This document shows, piece after piece, positions 24,683-37,470 of a stretch of DNA of 64,000 bases. The DNA is from Macrostomum lignano (taxonomy: Eukaryota), in the NCBI GenBank assembly GCA_002269645.1, contig NIVC01002150.1, forward strand, positions 1 to 64,000, in the 5' to 3' direction. The position numbers and the translations under genes were made by a program. The notes beneath the pieces are model-generated. The model ran no database searches, was not told the DNA's origin, and was given only the letters and a program-made list of their open reading frames with translations. Each line of letters opens with the position of its first letter. The stretch's first letter is position 1.

Positions 24683-27600
24683 GACATTTGTAAGCATTTC
24701 TTTTGGACTTGGTGAGTTGGGAAACCCGTGACATACTTCGCCAAAAATATGTGTGTACATGCACGAGCGCATATATATGATACCTACCAAGTAGTCTCAC
24801 TTAAGTCGTCTTTGGTAATTATGAATCTACGTACGTACATCGAAAAATATCAAACCTATCCACCAGTTTTTTCTTTTCCATAGCTGAATAAATAAATTTC
24901 AGGATATACCCCCCTTGAAACAGTGTCTTTGATGTCAATAACATTCTAATATTTTACGAAGTATACCACTTTTCAACTCCTAAATGGAGGTTTAGAAGTT
25001 CAATTCTCATTTTTCACAAACTGAAACTAATTTCTTGAAAGTAGCTAAACATCCTGCCGAATGTCCTGCCGAATGAATTATAAATACAATTATAATACAG
25101 TAAGTTGTTATACTTCTATTTTTCTTGGATTAATACTGGTTCTAAAATCGCGCCGCAAAGCATATAAAACGTATGTCTAGTCATACGTAGGGGTCGTTCT
25201 CAAAGTTTAGTCGTAAGCAGTGAAACAAATATTTTTAAAATTCAGCCTGAAATATTGAGTCATTTCTCATTTTAGCTGTAAAAAGAGTTTAAAAATAAAC
25301 GCCTTTTATGGGTCTTAATCTTTTTTCACATTGAACTTTTGATGTCAATCTCAACAGAGTGCACTATTTCATTTTTCGATATAATTTTTATTATCGCACG
25401 AGCTATAATACCCACTTTAGAGAAGCTGCATTCTGTTCACGTGGTCTTATTAAAGAAGAAAACTAATAAATGTTATTTATATCTTTGGTTAGTACAACCT
25501 AAAACCCATTTAACTCTTTTGATTGCAAAGCAGATGTTGCTATTTCGATTTTTGCTAGAAACGTAACATTATGAATGATAAAAAATCCACTTTTAATTTT
25601 ATTTGTTCTGTTGATAGAATCGGCTACTAGCTGCGTGTTAATCTGTTTTTTAAGAAAGATAGTCATATCTAACACTAAAGTGTCAGTTAAGGCAGTTTCA
25701 TTCTATAATAAAACAGAAAAGTTAATTTAATTCAATTTTAAGTTTTTTTCAATAGCACAAAATTAACCTAACAAAGAGCGATTTAGCTGACTACAACAAA
25801 GCAAGTAGCACCAAAATTATTTTAATTCAAAGCCTTCATCTGTGGGATGAGAAAAAGTACCTCTTTTTTGTCTCTAGTTAAGAAAAAAAATTTCTCAGCA
25901 CATTGTTAGGTTTTTTGGATGTTTTTTCATGTATTTAGATGAATTTTTGCAATTGATCACCCACTATGTTAGTCAGAACAAACAGAATTTGATTTATTTA
26001 GCTAAAATCGACTATTTTTCTCTTGGAAACAGTCGTTTTTTGTTGTTTTCACTCAGAAAAGACATTTTAACTGATTTAAAATTTGTAGTGTAAGTTACAA
26101 GTAAACATAATTAGTCAAAACAAGAGGTACATAGTAGAAACTGAAAATAAAGTAAGATTTACGAATAATAAAAACAATTGCATGATTTGATTAGTCAAAA
26201 AATAGTATTAAAACAATTTTGTATCTGATTTATTATCAATGAAATTAGCTGTCTGAAGCACAAGAAATTAATTTCTTTTAAACATTAAATTTATTCTCAT
26301 ATGTGCTGCACTTCATTAAAGATAGACATGTAGCAACTTAAACATTCAGTTGATACTTTCCACCTTTTGATGCATAGTTACTAACAAGAAAAAAATAAAA
26401 TAAAAAACTTGCCATTGTGCTGGCAATGTAATATTAAATATGGTACAGAAAGATGGAATCTATACAGAGTGCTACCACACGAATTTTTGAAGTATTTAAC
26501 AGATAAGTCATGGCAGCACCATAATAACAGACATAATATATTTATATTCTTCTTCGATTGACTTACGCTTTAGATATGTTTTAGATGATGATTTTCCATT
26601 GGGACTGACTCTATATTTACCGAGGCCGGACACAGTTAAGTGCGGCTGACAGCACTGGAGCGGCGATTAACAGGGAATGTGATGAGCTGTGGCCTGTGGA
26701 GGCAGCCAGCTGATGCGAGCATCAGTAGAAGGGAAAGACATCTAATAATGTCTTGCTATTGGTTTGTTACATATGACGTCTACTTTTTACAGCAAACGAC
26801 ATCTACTTTTATTCTAATGTGATCGATTAATTAATTCTACTGACCCAATTGGCTAAAGCACTGCAAACCGCACACCTCTCGCATCATTGTACAGTGGTAC
26901 TTTGGATGTGGTCAGTTCTGCAGGCATCGGTGGTTATCAAATGAGACGAATTGCACCGAGCATGACAGTGCAGGACCAGAATCGATTAAGGAGGTTCACC
27001 AGAGCAATTGCAGTGATCCATGCGGCTGCCGAGTCAGACGTCTGTAATAGGCCAATTAACTTACCAAGCCCAAACTACTTAATTTAAATTAATAAAGCTG
27101 TTCTATTATGTGCAGCCTAGCTAATTGCATAAGAAAATTGTAAAATAGTAAAATAGCATTAAAAGCTATGTTGCAGAATATAAATGCTTGCTGAATTCTT
27201 TTTTCAAAAGAAAACGCAAGTCTGTTCGAAAAAAGATACATGTATTTCAGGTTTTAAAAGAAATGGCGTCCTAGCTCATTTACTATATATATTATAATTC
27301 AAAAGACTTTTAATGCATTAAAAGACATATTTTGTAAACCTAATTTCTAGCGAAACAATCTTTGTAGATTTTGAGCTTCATATTTAGGTGCTAAGTACAA
27401 TAATTCAAGTCTTTGAGTTGTACAATAACAATTATTTCGGGTGTTTCTTGTTACGCGATAATTTTAAATACAAGCAATTTAGACGAAAAAAACAAAATAT
27501 TGATTTAAAAATAACATTTTCTATTGAAATAATCCTTATTAAATAGTAAAAATAGAATAAAAGATGCATCTTAACCATAAAAATTAAAGAAAACTTGCAC

Positions 27601-27845
27601 TATTTCACGATTTTTGGTCGTTTTATTCTCCGTTGCGAAAAATAACAAATTGCTAGATTTCGTCTGAAATGTTTAGTTTCTTGTGGTTTTAATGGCAGTT
27701 TTTTAATTAAATTGACGAAATAATCGTTTTTCGCAAAACAATTACTTTATTCGAAAACTTTTTTTTCTGTACCAAAACATCATGACCTTAATTTGAGAAC
27801 TACCCGTAGACGTATACAGTGACACAAGTGGCTGTTGTGTCACTG

Positions 27846-28044
27846 CAAGCGCCGCGGAACAGGGGGGGGGGGGCAGCTGCCCCCCTGACATTGAGTTGGG
27901 GGGCATTGCCCCCCTCAAATACCGTTCAACAGCATAATTTTGCTCAAATTTTTGGTCACTGTCCAAGACAGGGTCTGGGCTTGAGTTTCGGAAACTTGGT
28001 CCTGCCCCCCCCCCCCCTGGCAAAAACTCATTCCGCGGCGCCTG
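27846..28044. mobile_element. 199-bp MITE with 8-bp TSD (hAT- or P-type)
   Basis: TIRs CAAGCGCCGCGGAA / TTCCGCGGCGCCTG (13/14 match); exact TSD TGTCACTG at 27838-27845 and 28045-28052. Confidence 0.9.
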
Positions 28045-31000
28045 TGTCACTGTATCTGACTGAAAGACTGAAAAAATTAGGCGCAGAGTTAGCTACATGG
28101 CGCATGACCAAGATGGCCACACACCAAGATGGCCACAGCTCTAAGTGTCTAAATAGATAATAATAATCCCATAATAATAACATGGCAGGTCTATATATTT
28201 CACTTATTTCCTATTGGTAGGCCCTAATAATTAGAGAAATAGATGCTAAAAAGATGCTATATTGGAATTGTATTATATTAGGCCCCTATATGGTTTCCAG
28301 GCACCGAAAAGTGTGGATACCCCCTATATTATAGTCATTCCTTTGGCTTTAGCTTGACCTATATATGCATATATTTATTCATTACACTAAGCAAGTAGCC
28401 TAACACAAAATAAATACCTTGCCTTGTTGTATATTCATCTTAATTTGTGTATAGCATTACTAGTAGCAATGGTTTCTTAATAAACAGATACTATATAATG
28501 ATAGATTTGATAAATGTAATGATAGGGAATAAATTGGCATAAACACTGAAAAAGATTAAAGTTTTTGTATTATAGGTAATTAGTTTCAAATCTATTAGGT
28601 CTATTTCATCAGTATTTATGAATATGATTGATTAAACATAACTGCCATAACAAATAATATAAAAATAGCTATTATGTTGCTAATTAAGGATAAAAAGAGA
28701 GCAGAGCCAAAGAGATTCAATGTTGTGGCCATCTTGGTGTGTGTCCAGTCCATCTTGGTCTTATATTGTTTAGGTCATTTGGTGACAGGTATTTTATTTA
28801 AAAATACTTAAATAGTTGTTTCAATGATTTTGATAGACACACTTTGCCTTTGGTAAAAAATGAAAGATTTAGTGAGAGGTCATTTAGTGACATGATACAC
28901 CTCATAACATCAATTTGTAGTTATTTTGGTAAGAGACAAATAGGGGCCTACAATATAAAAAATGGTAGCTCTATAATAAAAAATAAAAAAAGAAAGTAAA
29001 ACAATGCTTTACTATTTCAGCAAGGCTGAAATTTTATCAATTAAGATTAGCAAGATAGTTTTCTACTTGCAACTATGATTATGATAGGCCTAGCTATTAC
29101 CATATTCATAAAGTGAAGGTCTATAGACTATATGTATAACTTTCTTGGCCATATTGTTTACTCTTTACCAATGTTAAACTGGTTACTAGGCCTAATATTG
29201 AAATGTATAGGCCTATATCTAATGTCACATTCTGGATTATGTAGTATATGCCCAAAAATCTAGGCTTGCATTGGCCTTGTATATCTAACATTAGATATGC
29301 ACAGTTGGTATGCATGACTCCTAAGATAATAGTGTGCATATACACTTGGCTTTATTTTGTCTTTGTTAATTTAAAAAAAGAGATTCATAGTAAACTTCTT
29401 TGTCTGTGGCAATTTACTTGAATTAGGTGATTTATAATATAGAAAAAAAATTATTCTTACAAAAATGTGCTTTAGTTAGATGGATTTATTTAAATAATTT
29501 TTGTTACTTCTTATTAGGTGCCCCAAAAGAAAGGCTCTAGATTGCTAGTTTGCACTAAATATAAAAATTTTGCCATTATAATTATTTATTAAGTGTTGTT
29601 TTACTATTATTTATATAAAATGTTCTATTTTTTAAAAGTGCAATCAAAAAAGCAACATAATAGGGCAAAGTCTAAAAATGTAAGAAAAAATAATAAACCA
29701 AATCTGCTTCCAAATAAGATGCTTACTGTATTTATTAAGCAACAAAAAACAATGAAATTAGGCTTAAATATATATCATTGTGGCGTATATGCACAAGAAA
29801 AAGAATTTTCTAAATTGCATTAGTAGAAGCTAGGTAAAATGCAATTTTCTGATCCTTATGGGAATTTGTATGTTTAAATAGTAAACTATGTTGAATATAG
29901 TATTTTTTGCAACTGAACTCTACAAAATACATATTCTCAATGGTATTGAAAGTGATAAATAGATAGACCCTTAAAAAGAATGTTAAATATGTTGTTGCAT
30001 TATAGAATGTAATATAAGATACTTAAAGTTAATAAATACATTACAGCCTTTCTATCATTTTTATTAGTCATTTTAGTCATAATTTAATTTACCATTTTTA
30101 CAAATCATCAAAAATAAGGCTATATGTGAATAATTTGTGCTTTTATAGATGTTTCTAACTTTTTAAAACTCAACTAAAATTACTTTATAACTTTATTGCT
30201 TTAAAATCGCCAAAAAACAAATTTTTAAAAAACTTGCCCTTTGTTTTTAGATTTTGTTTGCTACAGATGAAATGCTCATTTAGCTATTTTGGAAATAAAC
30301 TAGTAACAGTTAAATTGGTAATCAACAAATTGACTAGATACATATAGGTAGTATAATAGAAATAAATACCTTTGTATCTATCAATCTATGTGTTGCTTGA
30401 AGGTTTAAAATATTAATATAAATAATATAGTCAATGCTTATAAGGTTTATTTGGTGGGTTATCCTACTTATGAAAAAAACATTTATTTGGTACCAATATA
30501 TTTATCTTTGCTTACAATTAGAATGTTAGTTTTAGCTAGATTAGTAAAATATTCATATCACAGTATATATAGATGATACCAAAAGGAATTTTACTTTAAG
30601 TACAAAATATATAATAGAATATTGCTTTGATAATAGCATAGCATCATACAATCATTTCTAGCATTGTGCCTGTTTCTATATATTTTTAATTTTAACCTTT
30701 TATTATTTGTCATTGATATTATCTAATATCAAATTCCGATTTGACCTTGGGTCATAGGGTAATAGCTTTGAGCTGTTATAAAATTATAGGATAAGAATTG
30801 TGGCTCCTTAAAGTCTCTGCCCTGTAACAGCTATGCATAGCCTTGGATATGTTACAAAATTGGTCTTAATCAAACCTTGCTATCTTGCAATAGGTCAGGC
30901 TTATTTATAGATATAACAATGTAAGCTGAAATGTGTTTTAAATGCCAATTTTTAGTTTGTCTCTAGAGCCCTAGGTTTCTTGTGTTATAGTTGGCTCATG

Positions 31001-31350
31001 AAATGACATTGACCTCTCCTTTAGTCTACATTTTCTGTTATATTGTGTGCCTATACATGTCAATTTTAATGTTGGTATCCTCAATGTGAATCCCAGATGC
31101 CAAATTGGCACCCAGGTTTTCCAAGCTGGAAGTTCATGATTATTGGAGTTATAATTATTGAGACTTTAGGACTTTTCTATCGATTTTCAAATTTGATTAA
31201 TTTGTAGGCATACAAACTTTTACAACTTCTATGCCTCAGAGAGGTTCAACAATGTAAAGGGTTCCAATTTGAACCCAAAGATGCCAAATAGCAGTGTGAT
31301 TCTGCTTAAAATTTCAAACAAAACGATTCCAGCAACACCAAACAGCCCGG

Positions 31351-34300
31351 ATGTCTGCAGAATCAGCACCCGTGGAGCAGCCGGCCCCGTCAGAGGCGCC
31401 AGCCGAGGGGTCCAGTCGCAAACGAGCAAACGATGACCTGCTGACCCGAACTGGCGGGGCCTACATACCGCCAGCTAAACTGCGCGCAATGCAGGCCTCA
31501 ATGTCCGACAAGTCTAGCGAGCAATACCAGCGGGTGGCCTGGGAGGCGCTTAAGAAAACTCTTAATAGCCTAATTAACATGACTAATGTGACCAATCTGC
31601 CTAATATTGTTCGCCAATTACTATCGGAGAATCTGGTCAGAGGCCGGGGCTTGTTCATCCGGTCTCTGATGACCAATCAGGCCACCTCACCTGTGTTCAC
31701 GCCCGTCTTTGCCGGCCTAGTGGCCGTTGTCAATACTAGATTTCCGCAGATTGGCGAACTAGCCTTGAAACGCCTCATACAGGAGTTGAAAAAGGCTTTT
31801 CGGCGAAACAATAAAGAGACTTGTTTGAATTCTTGCACTTTTCTGGCTCACCTCATCAACCAGCGAGTTGCTCACGAGGTTCTGGCTCTGGAAATTCTCG
31901 CCTTGCTGCTCAACAGGCCGACGGACGGCTCCGTTGAGATTGCAGTCGGCTTCCTTAAGGAGGTCGGCGCCAGACTGTTGGAGACTGCACCAAGAGGACT
32001 GCGCATGATCTTCGATCAGCTGCGGGGCATCTTGCACGAGGCCGCGTTGGATAAGCGAGTCCAGTACATGATTGAGACTCTGTTTCAGGTGAGGCTCGCT
32101 GTGCATCAGTGCTACCTTGTGTTTTAGTACCTGTGATGGGTGATATTTAGTACCGGTTCTAGTACCTGTCCCGGTGTCTTTATATTATAGGGGCGGGGTT
32201 CCGGTGTTACCTGTTTTTACTACTGATACTATGGTATTTTTCTTTCATTCGATGCGACCATGCAACTCATATTTTAGTACGCTCGTACCGGTGCTATTTA
32301 TCTTCTAGTATCGGCTCTCTTTGTCTCAGCAATGGTGCCTTGAGCCTTTTAGTAAAGTCGTGTCTTTTTGCACCGGTGTTGTCTGTCTTACCGGTTCTGA
32401 GTGTCTTCAGTCCCGATGCCACCTGTTTTTGATGTAGGTAGCTGATTACACAGAATATCACCCAGAACGCTCATTCGCACTCTCTGTATGACAGTCGCAG
32501 GGCAAAAAAGATACGCACTGAGCCTACTCTTGGGGTGAAGAAAGCAAGTAGTACAAACCATATAGACAATCTAAAGTAGCCATCTAAACAAAATGTGCAA
32601 TTGTAGTATGAGACAAGTGTATGCAAAAATGAACAAGTTTGCATCGTATATATCATTTAAGCTATCATTATAATTCTGCCCTATTGTTATTACTATTGTA
32701 ATGATATGTCAGTAGTGATTTCAGCATCAACTGTTTTTTAATTTCTAATCTCGCAGGTCCGCCAGGACGAGTTCAAGCAGTACCCATCAATCCAGGAGGC
32801 CCTAGACCTAGTGGAAGAGGAGGACCAGGTGACTCACCTGCTCAGCCTGGAGGATGAGCACGACACTGAGCAGGCGCTGAATGTATTCCGCTACGATCCG
32901 GACTATCTCACCCACGAGGACGAATACAAGGCTATCCAACGGGAGCTGCTCGGCGACGGAGACGACAGTAGCAGCGACAGCGACAGCGGCAGCAGCGACG
33001 GCAGCGAAAGCGAAGACGACAACGAAGCTGGCGAAGGCGCAGATACGGAGGCTGCGGCGGCGGCTAAGCCGGCCATCGACCAAACCCAAGCCCAGCTAGT
33101 GCAGCTGCGCAAGACCATCTACCTGACTGTGCAGAGCAGCCTAGACTACGAGGAGGCGGCCCACAAGCTCCGGCGGATCCAGCTGCGGCCTGGCGAGGAT
33201 GCCGAACTGGCCAGCATGATTCTGGACTGCTGCGCCCAGCTGCGCACCTACGAGAAATTCTACGGATTGATGGCGCAGAGATTCTGCCAATTAGACAGAG
33301 CCTACGTGCAGCACTATGAGAGAATCTTCACTGAGCAGTATAATACTATTCACAGGCTGGAGACGATGAAGCTGCGCAATGTGGCCAGATTCTTTGCTCA
33401 CCTGTTGCACACTGACTCAATCTCGTGGGGCGTCATGCAGTGCGTGCAGCTCACTGAGCAGGGCACAACGTCTTCTAGTAGGATATTTCTGAAGATCCTG
33501 TTCCAAGACCTGGCCGAGCACATGGGCTTGGAGAGGCTCTCCCAGCGCTTCGCCGACTGCACTCTGCAGGCATTCTTCGAGGGCCTGTTCCCGCGGGATC
33601 ATCCGCGCAATACCCGCTTCTCGATTAACTACTTCAAGAGCATCGGCCTCAACGGAGTCACCCTGCCGCTGCGCCAGTGGTACGAGACTGCACCAAAGCC
33701 CAAGGCTGAGGAGTCTGATTCCTCGGAGTCTTCCTCTTCTAGTAGCAGTTCGTCTTCGTCATCGTCCTCTGATTCTGACTCAGACTCGGATGATGAGGCG
33801 TCAGCTAGACGGAAGCGGAGTAGCGGACGGGCCAGCCGATCAATCAAGCAGGAGCCTAAAGAGGCTGCGGCACCTACTGATGAAGGCAGGCAGCGGCATG
33901 GGTAAGCTGTTAACTAAATATCCCCACACTCACACAGAATGTGCAGCGGCCCGGACTTGTCCCTAATTCTGGTGTAAATCTTATGGAAATATCCTTAACT
34001 TAGATTCAACTTTCGTTTTAGTTTTATCATTAGTACACTATTTAAAGTGCACTATTATAGGGGTTTTAGCCTAGTGGTTAGAGCGTCGGACTCATTACAA
34101 AGGTCGGGGTTCGATTCCCGATCCCAATCGAAACTATTTGTGTCCTTGAGCAAGACACTTAAATCTGCATTGCTTCAGTTCACTCAGCTGTAAAATGGGT
34201 GCCAGCATTAGCTGGGGTAATTGAGGGTGTGTGTGGCGACCCCCCAGTCCTTGGACTGAACAGCCGTACGCAGCCTTCAGATGCGCCGCGCAATAGCTGC

Positions 34301-34795
34301 GGCTGAGCTGTCGGTTGCACATCTGGCCATAAAGGAAGGTGTAATCAATTATTATTATTAGATACTCGTACTATTAAAGCTTGATGTGCTATTCTCGCTA
34401 CTCGCCAGTAGGTTATACAAGCAGCAGTAACCCACCTGTACTTTTTTCTAATCCCACACAGCCGACAGTCGGACGCGGCTGTTGATAAGCAGTCGGAGAG
34501 GCGGCGAGGCAGCGGTCGCGATCGAGACCGCGACTATGAACGTGACGACGGCGATGAATCTCGTCGGCCAAGTCGCGACAGTCGAGATAGTCGGCGAGCC
34601 TCGGACAGGCGCGACAACAACGATCAGCATCGTCGGGATGTCGGAGACCACAGCCACGATCGATCCCATCGCGACTCAGTCGAGCGTCGGCGACCTGTCG
34701 ACGATAATAGGAACGGCGATAATCGCCGAGGGACGCAGATCCGTAGCGAAGTTCGCCTTGTCGGCGATCGAAGCGAACGAGGAAGTCGCCGATAG
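31351..34795 (+). CDS. CWC22: Pre-mRNA splicing factor CWC22 (MIF4G + MA3 domains, RS/RD-rich tail), about 738 aa
   Basis: Exons 31351-32088, 32757-33901 and 34462-34795 (2217 nt, open). Hallmarks: [74 protein letters not shown]. Confidence 0.96.
34060..34360 (+). mobile_element. Full-length tRNA-derived CORE-type SINE in CWC22 intron 2
   Basis: A box TAGCCTAGTGGTTAGAGC, B box GGTTCGATTCC, MIR/CORE-like GTGTCCTTGAGCAAGACACTTAA...CAGCTGTAAAATGGG, and a (TTA)n tail; second copy at 5776-6096. Confidence 0.88.
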
Positions 34796-34811
34796 GCTGA
34801 TTTCATTTTTT

Positions 34812-34817
34812 AATAAA
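34812..34817 (+). terminator. Probable polyadenylation signal of CWC22
   Basis: AATAAA 17 nt after the stop codon. Confidence 0.55.
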
Positions 34818-35022
34818 AAGAACTGCCTACTATGTTTAGCACCGCTTCATAACTGGTAATGTGCTTGTAAATTAAATTCATATTCATGTTGTTATAAATT
34901 TGCCCGGCTAAATACACGTGGCTTCAATTGTGCCGCCTTTGCACCAACTTCGTTGCGTTTCCAATTATTGAATGTTTTCTATGTATATTCATGATTTTTT
35001 ACGAGCGTATTATAAAGCGGGA

Positions 35023-35623
35023 CTGTTAGCTTGTTCCTATGCTGTAGGGTCAGCTGTTAGCTTGTTGCTATTCAGTAGGGTCAGCTGTTAGCTTGTTCCT
35101 ATGCTGTAGGGTCAGCTGTTAGCTTGTTCCTATGCTGTAGGGTCAGCTGTTAGCTTGTTCCTATGCTGTAGGGTCAGCTGTTAGCTTGTTGCTATTCAGT
35201 AGGGTCAGCTGTTAGCTTGTTCCTATGCTGTAGGGTCAGCTGTTAGCTTGTTCCTATGCTGTAGGGTCAGCTGTTAGCTTGTTCCTATGCTGTAGGGTCA
35301 GCTGTTAGCTTGTTGCTATTCAGTAGGGTCAGCTGTTAGCTTGTTGCTATTCAGTAGGGTCAGCTGTTAGCTTGTTGCTATTCAGTAGGGTCAGCTGTTA
35401 GCTTGTTGCTATTCAGTAGGGCTAGCTGTTAGCTTGTTGCTATTCAGTAGGGTCAGCTGTTAGCTTGTTGCTATTCAGTAGGGTCAGCTGTTAGCTTGTC
35501 GCTATTCAGTAGGGTCAGCTGTTAGCTTGTTGCTATTCAGTAGGGTCAGCTGTTAGCTTGTTGCTATTCAGTAGGGTCAGCTGTTAGCTTGTTGCTATTC
35601 AGTAGGTCAGCTGTTAGCTTGTC
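35023..35623. repeat. 31-bp minisatellite (CTGTTAGCTTGTTGCTATTCAGTAGGGTCAG), about 19 copies, between CWC22 and PSMG2
   Basis: Direct periodicity; ends 15 nt before the PSMG2 acceptor. Confidence 0.97.
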
Positions 35624-35638
35624 GCCGCCCGCCCGCAG

Positions 35639-36355
35639 CTGGTGCTGTCAGACAAGTCCATCGGGCCGGGCAAATGGTCCGACTACACCTGCGTGCTGCC
35701 CAGCGTGTCAGTCGGCAACGTTGGCCAGCTGGCTGCCGACCTGATCATCAGCTCCGGCCGGCTGTACTCGGTGGGCTACTGGCACAGCGCCTCGCTGACC
35801 CCGGTGTGCGGCCCCGGCCCGTTCGGCGGGCCGCCCTGCACAGCCGCCGAACTGTGGGAGAGCGAGCAGCGCCGCATCGTTGTGCTGCAGCTGCGCTCCC
35901 CCGTGCTGGCCTGTCGAAGGCGGCGCTTCCTTGACGAGGCCTGCAACCTCATCGCCGAGTGCGGCTTCGCCCGCGTGCTGCTGCTGGCCAGCGCATGGGA
36001 CTCGTCTAGGCGGGAGCCCAGCTGCCCGTCGCTTGGCTTGGCCGGCTCGCCCGGTTGGCCGAATCCCGCACCAGAAGGTCTCGAGTTCGAGCCGCTAGAG
36101 CCGGAGCGTCGCCTCTCCGGCGTCGGCCTGGCCGGGCCGCTGTTCCGCCGGCTGGCCGCCGACTCGCGCCCGACTGGCACGGCTTTGGCCTGCCTGTTCT
36201 GCTCCGAGGGCGACAATTCCGGACACGCCGGACAGTTGGCCGAAGCTGCGGCCGCCATTCTCGGACAGCCGGGCCTGGCGCCGGTACCTGGACGGCCTCT
36301 GCCGTCGTCCTGGCGTCTGCTGTACGGCAGCCGGCCAGTCGAAGGCTTGTATTGA
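35639..36355 (+). CDS. PSMG2: Proteasome assembly chaperone 2 (PAC2); the genomic ORF lacks any ATG
   Basis: PAC2 signature VLPSVSVGNVGQLAADLII, plus LQLRSP, LFCSEGDN and PSSWRLLYG. The ORF opens after in-frame TAG 35615-35617, starts at acceptor CCCGCAG|CTG (35638/35639, phase 0) and has no Met codon. Confidence 0.9.
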   Translation: MVLSDKSIGPGKWSDYTCVLPSVSVGNVGQLAADLIISSGRLYSVGYWHSASLTPVCGPGPFGGPPCTAAELWESEQRRIVVLQLRSPVLACRRRRFLDEACNLIAECGFARVLLLASAWDSSRREPSCPSLGLAGSPGWPNPAPEGLEFEPLEPERRLSGVGLAGPLFRRLAADSRPTGTALACLFCSEGDNSGHAGQLAEAAAAILGQPGLAPVPGRPLPSSWRLLYGSRPVEGLY

Positions 36356-36451
36356 CAACTTTAAACTGTAGAGTCTGCCAGCTTATTAGCTGTAATTCTG
36401 GGGTATCGATTTTAATGTGTTGGTGTTCTTCATATTTTTTACGTTTACAAG

Positions 36452-36592
36452 CCAAGCTGGTAGGTAGCCAAGCTGGTAGGTAGCCAAGCTGGTAGGTAGC
36501 CAAGCTGGTAGGTAGCCAAGCTGGTAGGTAGGTAGCCAAGCTGGTAGGTAGCCAAGCTGGTAGGAAAGTAGCCAGGCTGGTAGGTAGCCAAA
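36452..36592. repeat. 16-bp minisatellite (CCAAGCTGGTAGGTAG)
   Basis: Direct. Confidence 0.93.
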
Positions 36593-37193
36593 CACCCTAA
36601 CAGCATACTGGCACTAGACGCTCAGCATTTTTTCGAATTTTCGCGCCTGTAAAACATCTACCGCTCTAAGTAGCTAGAGTGTCAGTTGATTTTGTGCGCA
36701 TGTGTGAAAAAGTTTAAAAAAGTTTGTTTATATTTGTGTTTTTTCCGAGTTTTCTAAATCTCGAATAAAAGACAAGCCTGCAACTGTTGCAGTTTTTCTT
36801 CTAATCGCTTATGCCGGTTAGTTTTATGATTAAATTAATTTAATTAAATTTGATCGAAAACAAATTTTTTGCCGTTTATTTTTGTATTAACCGACTGTAC
36901 ATTATTATATACATTATACACGGACAAGTTACACGCATGTACATGCAGCGTAAATTTTGGGCGACATTTTTACTGACCGGTGGCGGCTTGCGAATTGCAA
37001 CTGCCCCCTGTTGCTATGGCGCTCCGCTCCCGTTTCCCGCTGTTGCCAACAGGGCCGGCGTCTGAGTCACGGAGGCCAGCAGTTGTTGGTGCTGTAGGGT
37101 CTTCTGCCTTCGCTCCATCTCTGCAATTTTAATGCGCCCATCGAGCTTTGGCCAAGTTAACTTGGTAAATAACACTGAGTGCTTGTACAAAGG

Positions 37194-37470
37194 TTTGCCA
37201 GCGGAGGGGTTGCTGCTAGTCCTGAGGGTTGCCAGCGGAGGGGTTGCTGCTAGTCCTGAGGGTTGCCAGCTAGGGGTTGCTGCTAGTCCTGAGGGTTGCC
37301 AGCAAGGGGTTGCTGCTAGTCCTGAGGGTTGCCAGCTAGGGGTTGCTGCTAGTCCTGAGGGTTGCCAGCTAGGGGTTGCTGCTAGCCCTGAGGGTTGCCA
37401 GCGGAGGGGTTGCTGATAGTCCTGAGGGTTGCCAGCTAGGGGTTGCTGTTAACCCTGAGGGTTGCCAGCT
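37194..37470. repeat. 33-bp minisatellite (GAGGGTTGCCAGCTAGGGGTTGCTGCTAGTCCT)
   Basis: Direct. Confidence 0.93.

Noticed and set aside
28106-28760. Inverted pair of CCAAGATGG-containing ~35-bp segments
   Set aside because: Short, does not extend outward and has no TSD; probably a decayed element, too weak to call.
25000-31200. 6-kb AT-rich stretch upstream of CWC22
   Set aside because: Only short low-complexity ORFs; ordinary intergenic DNA apart from one MITE.
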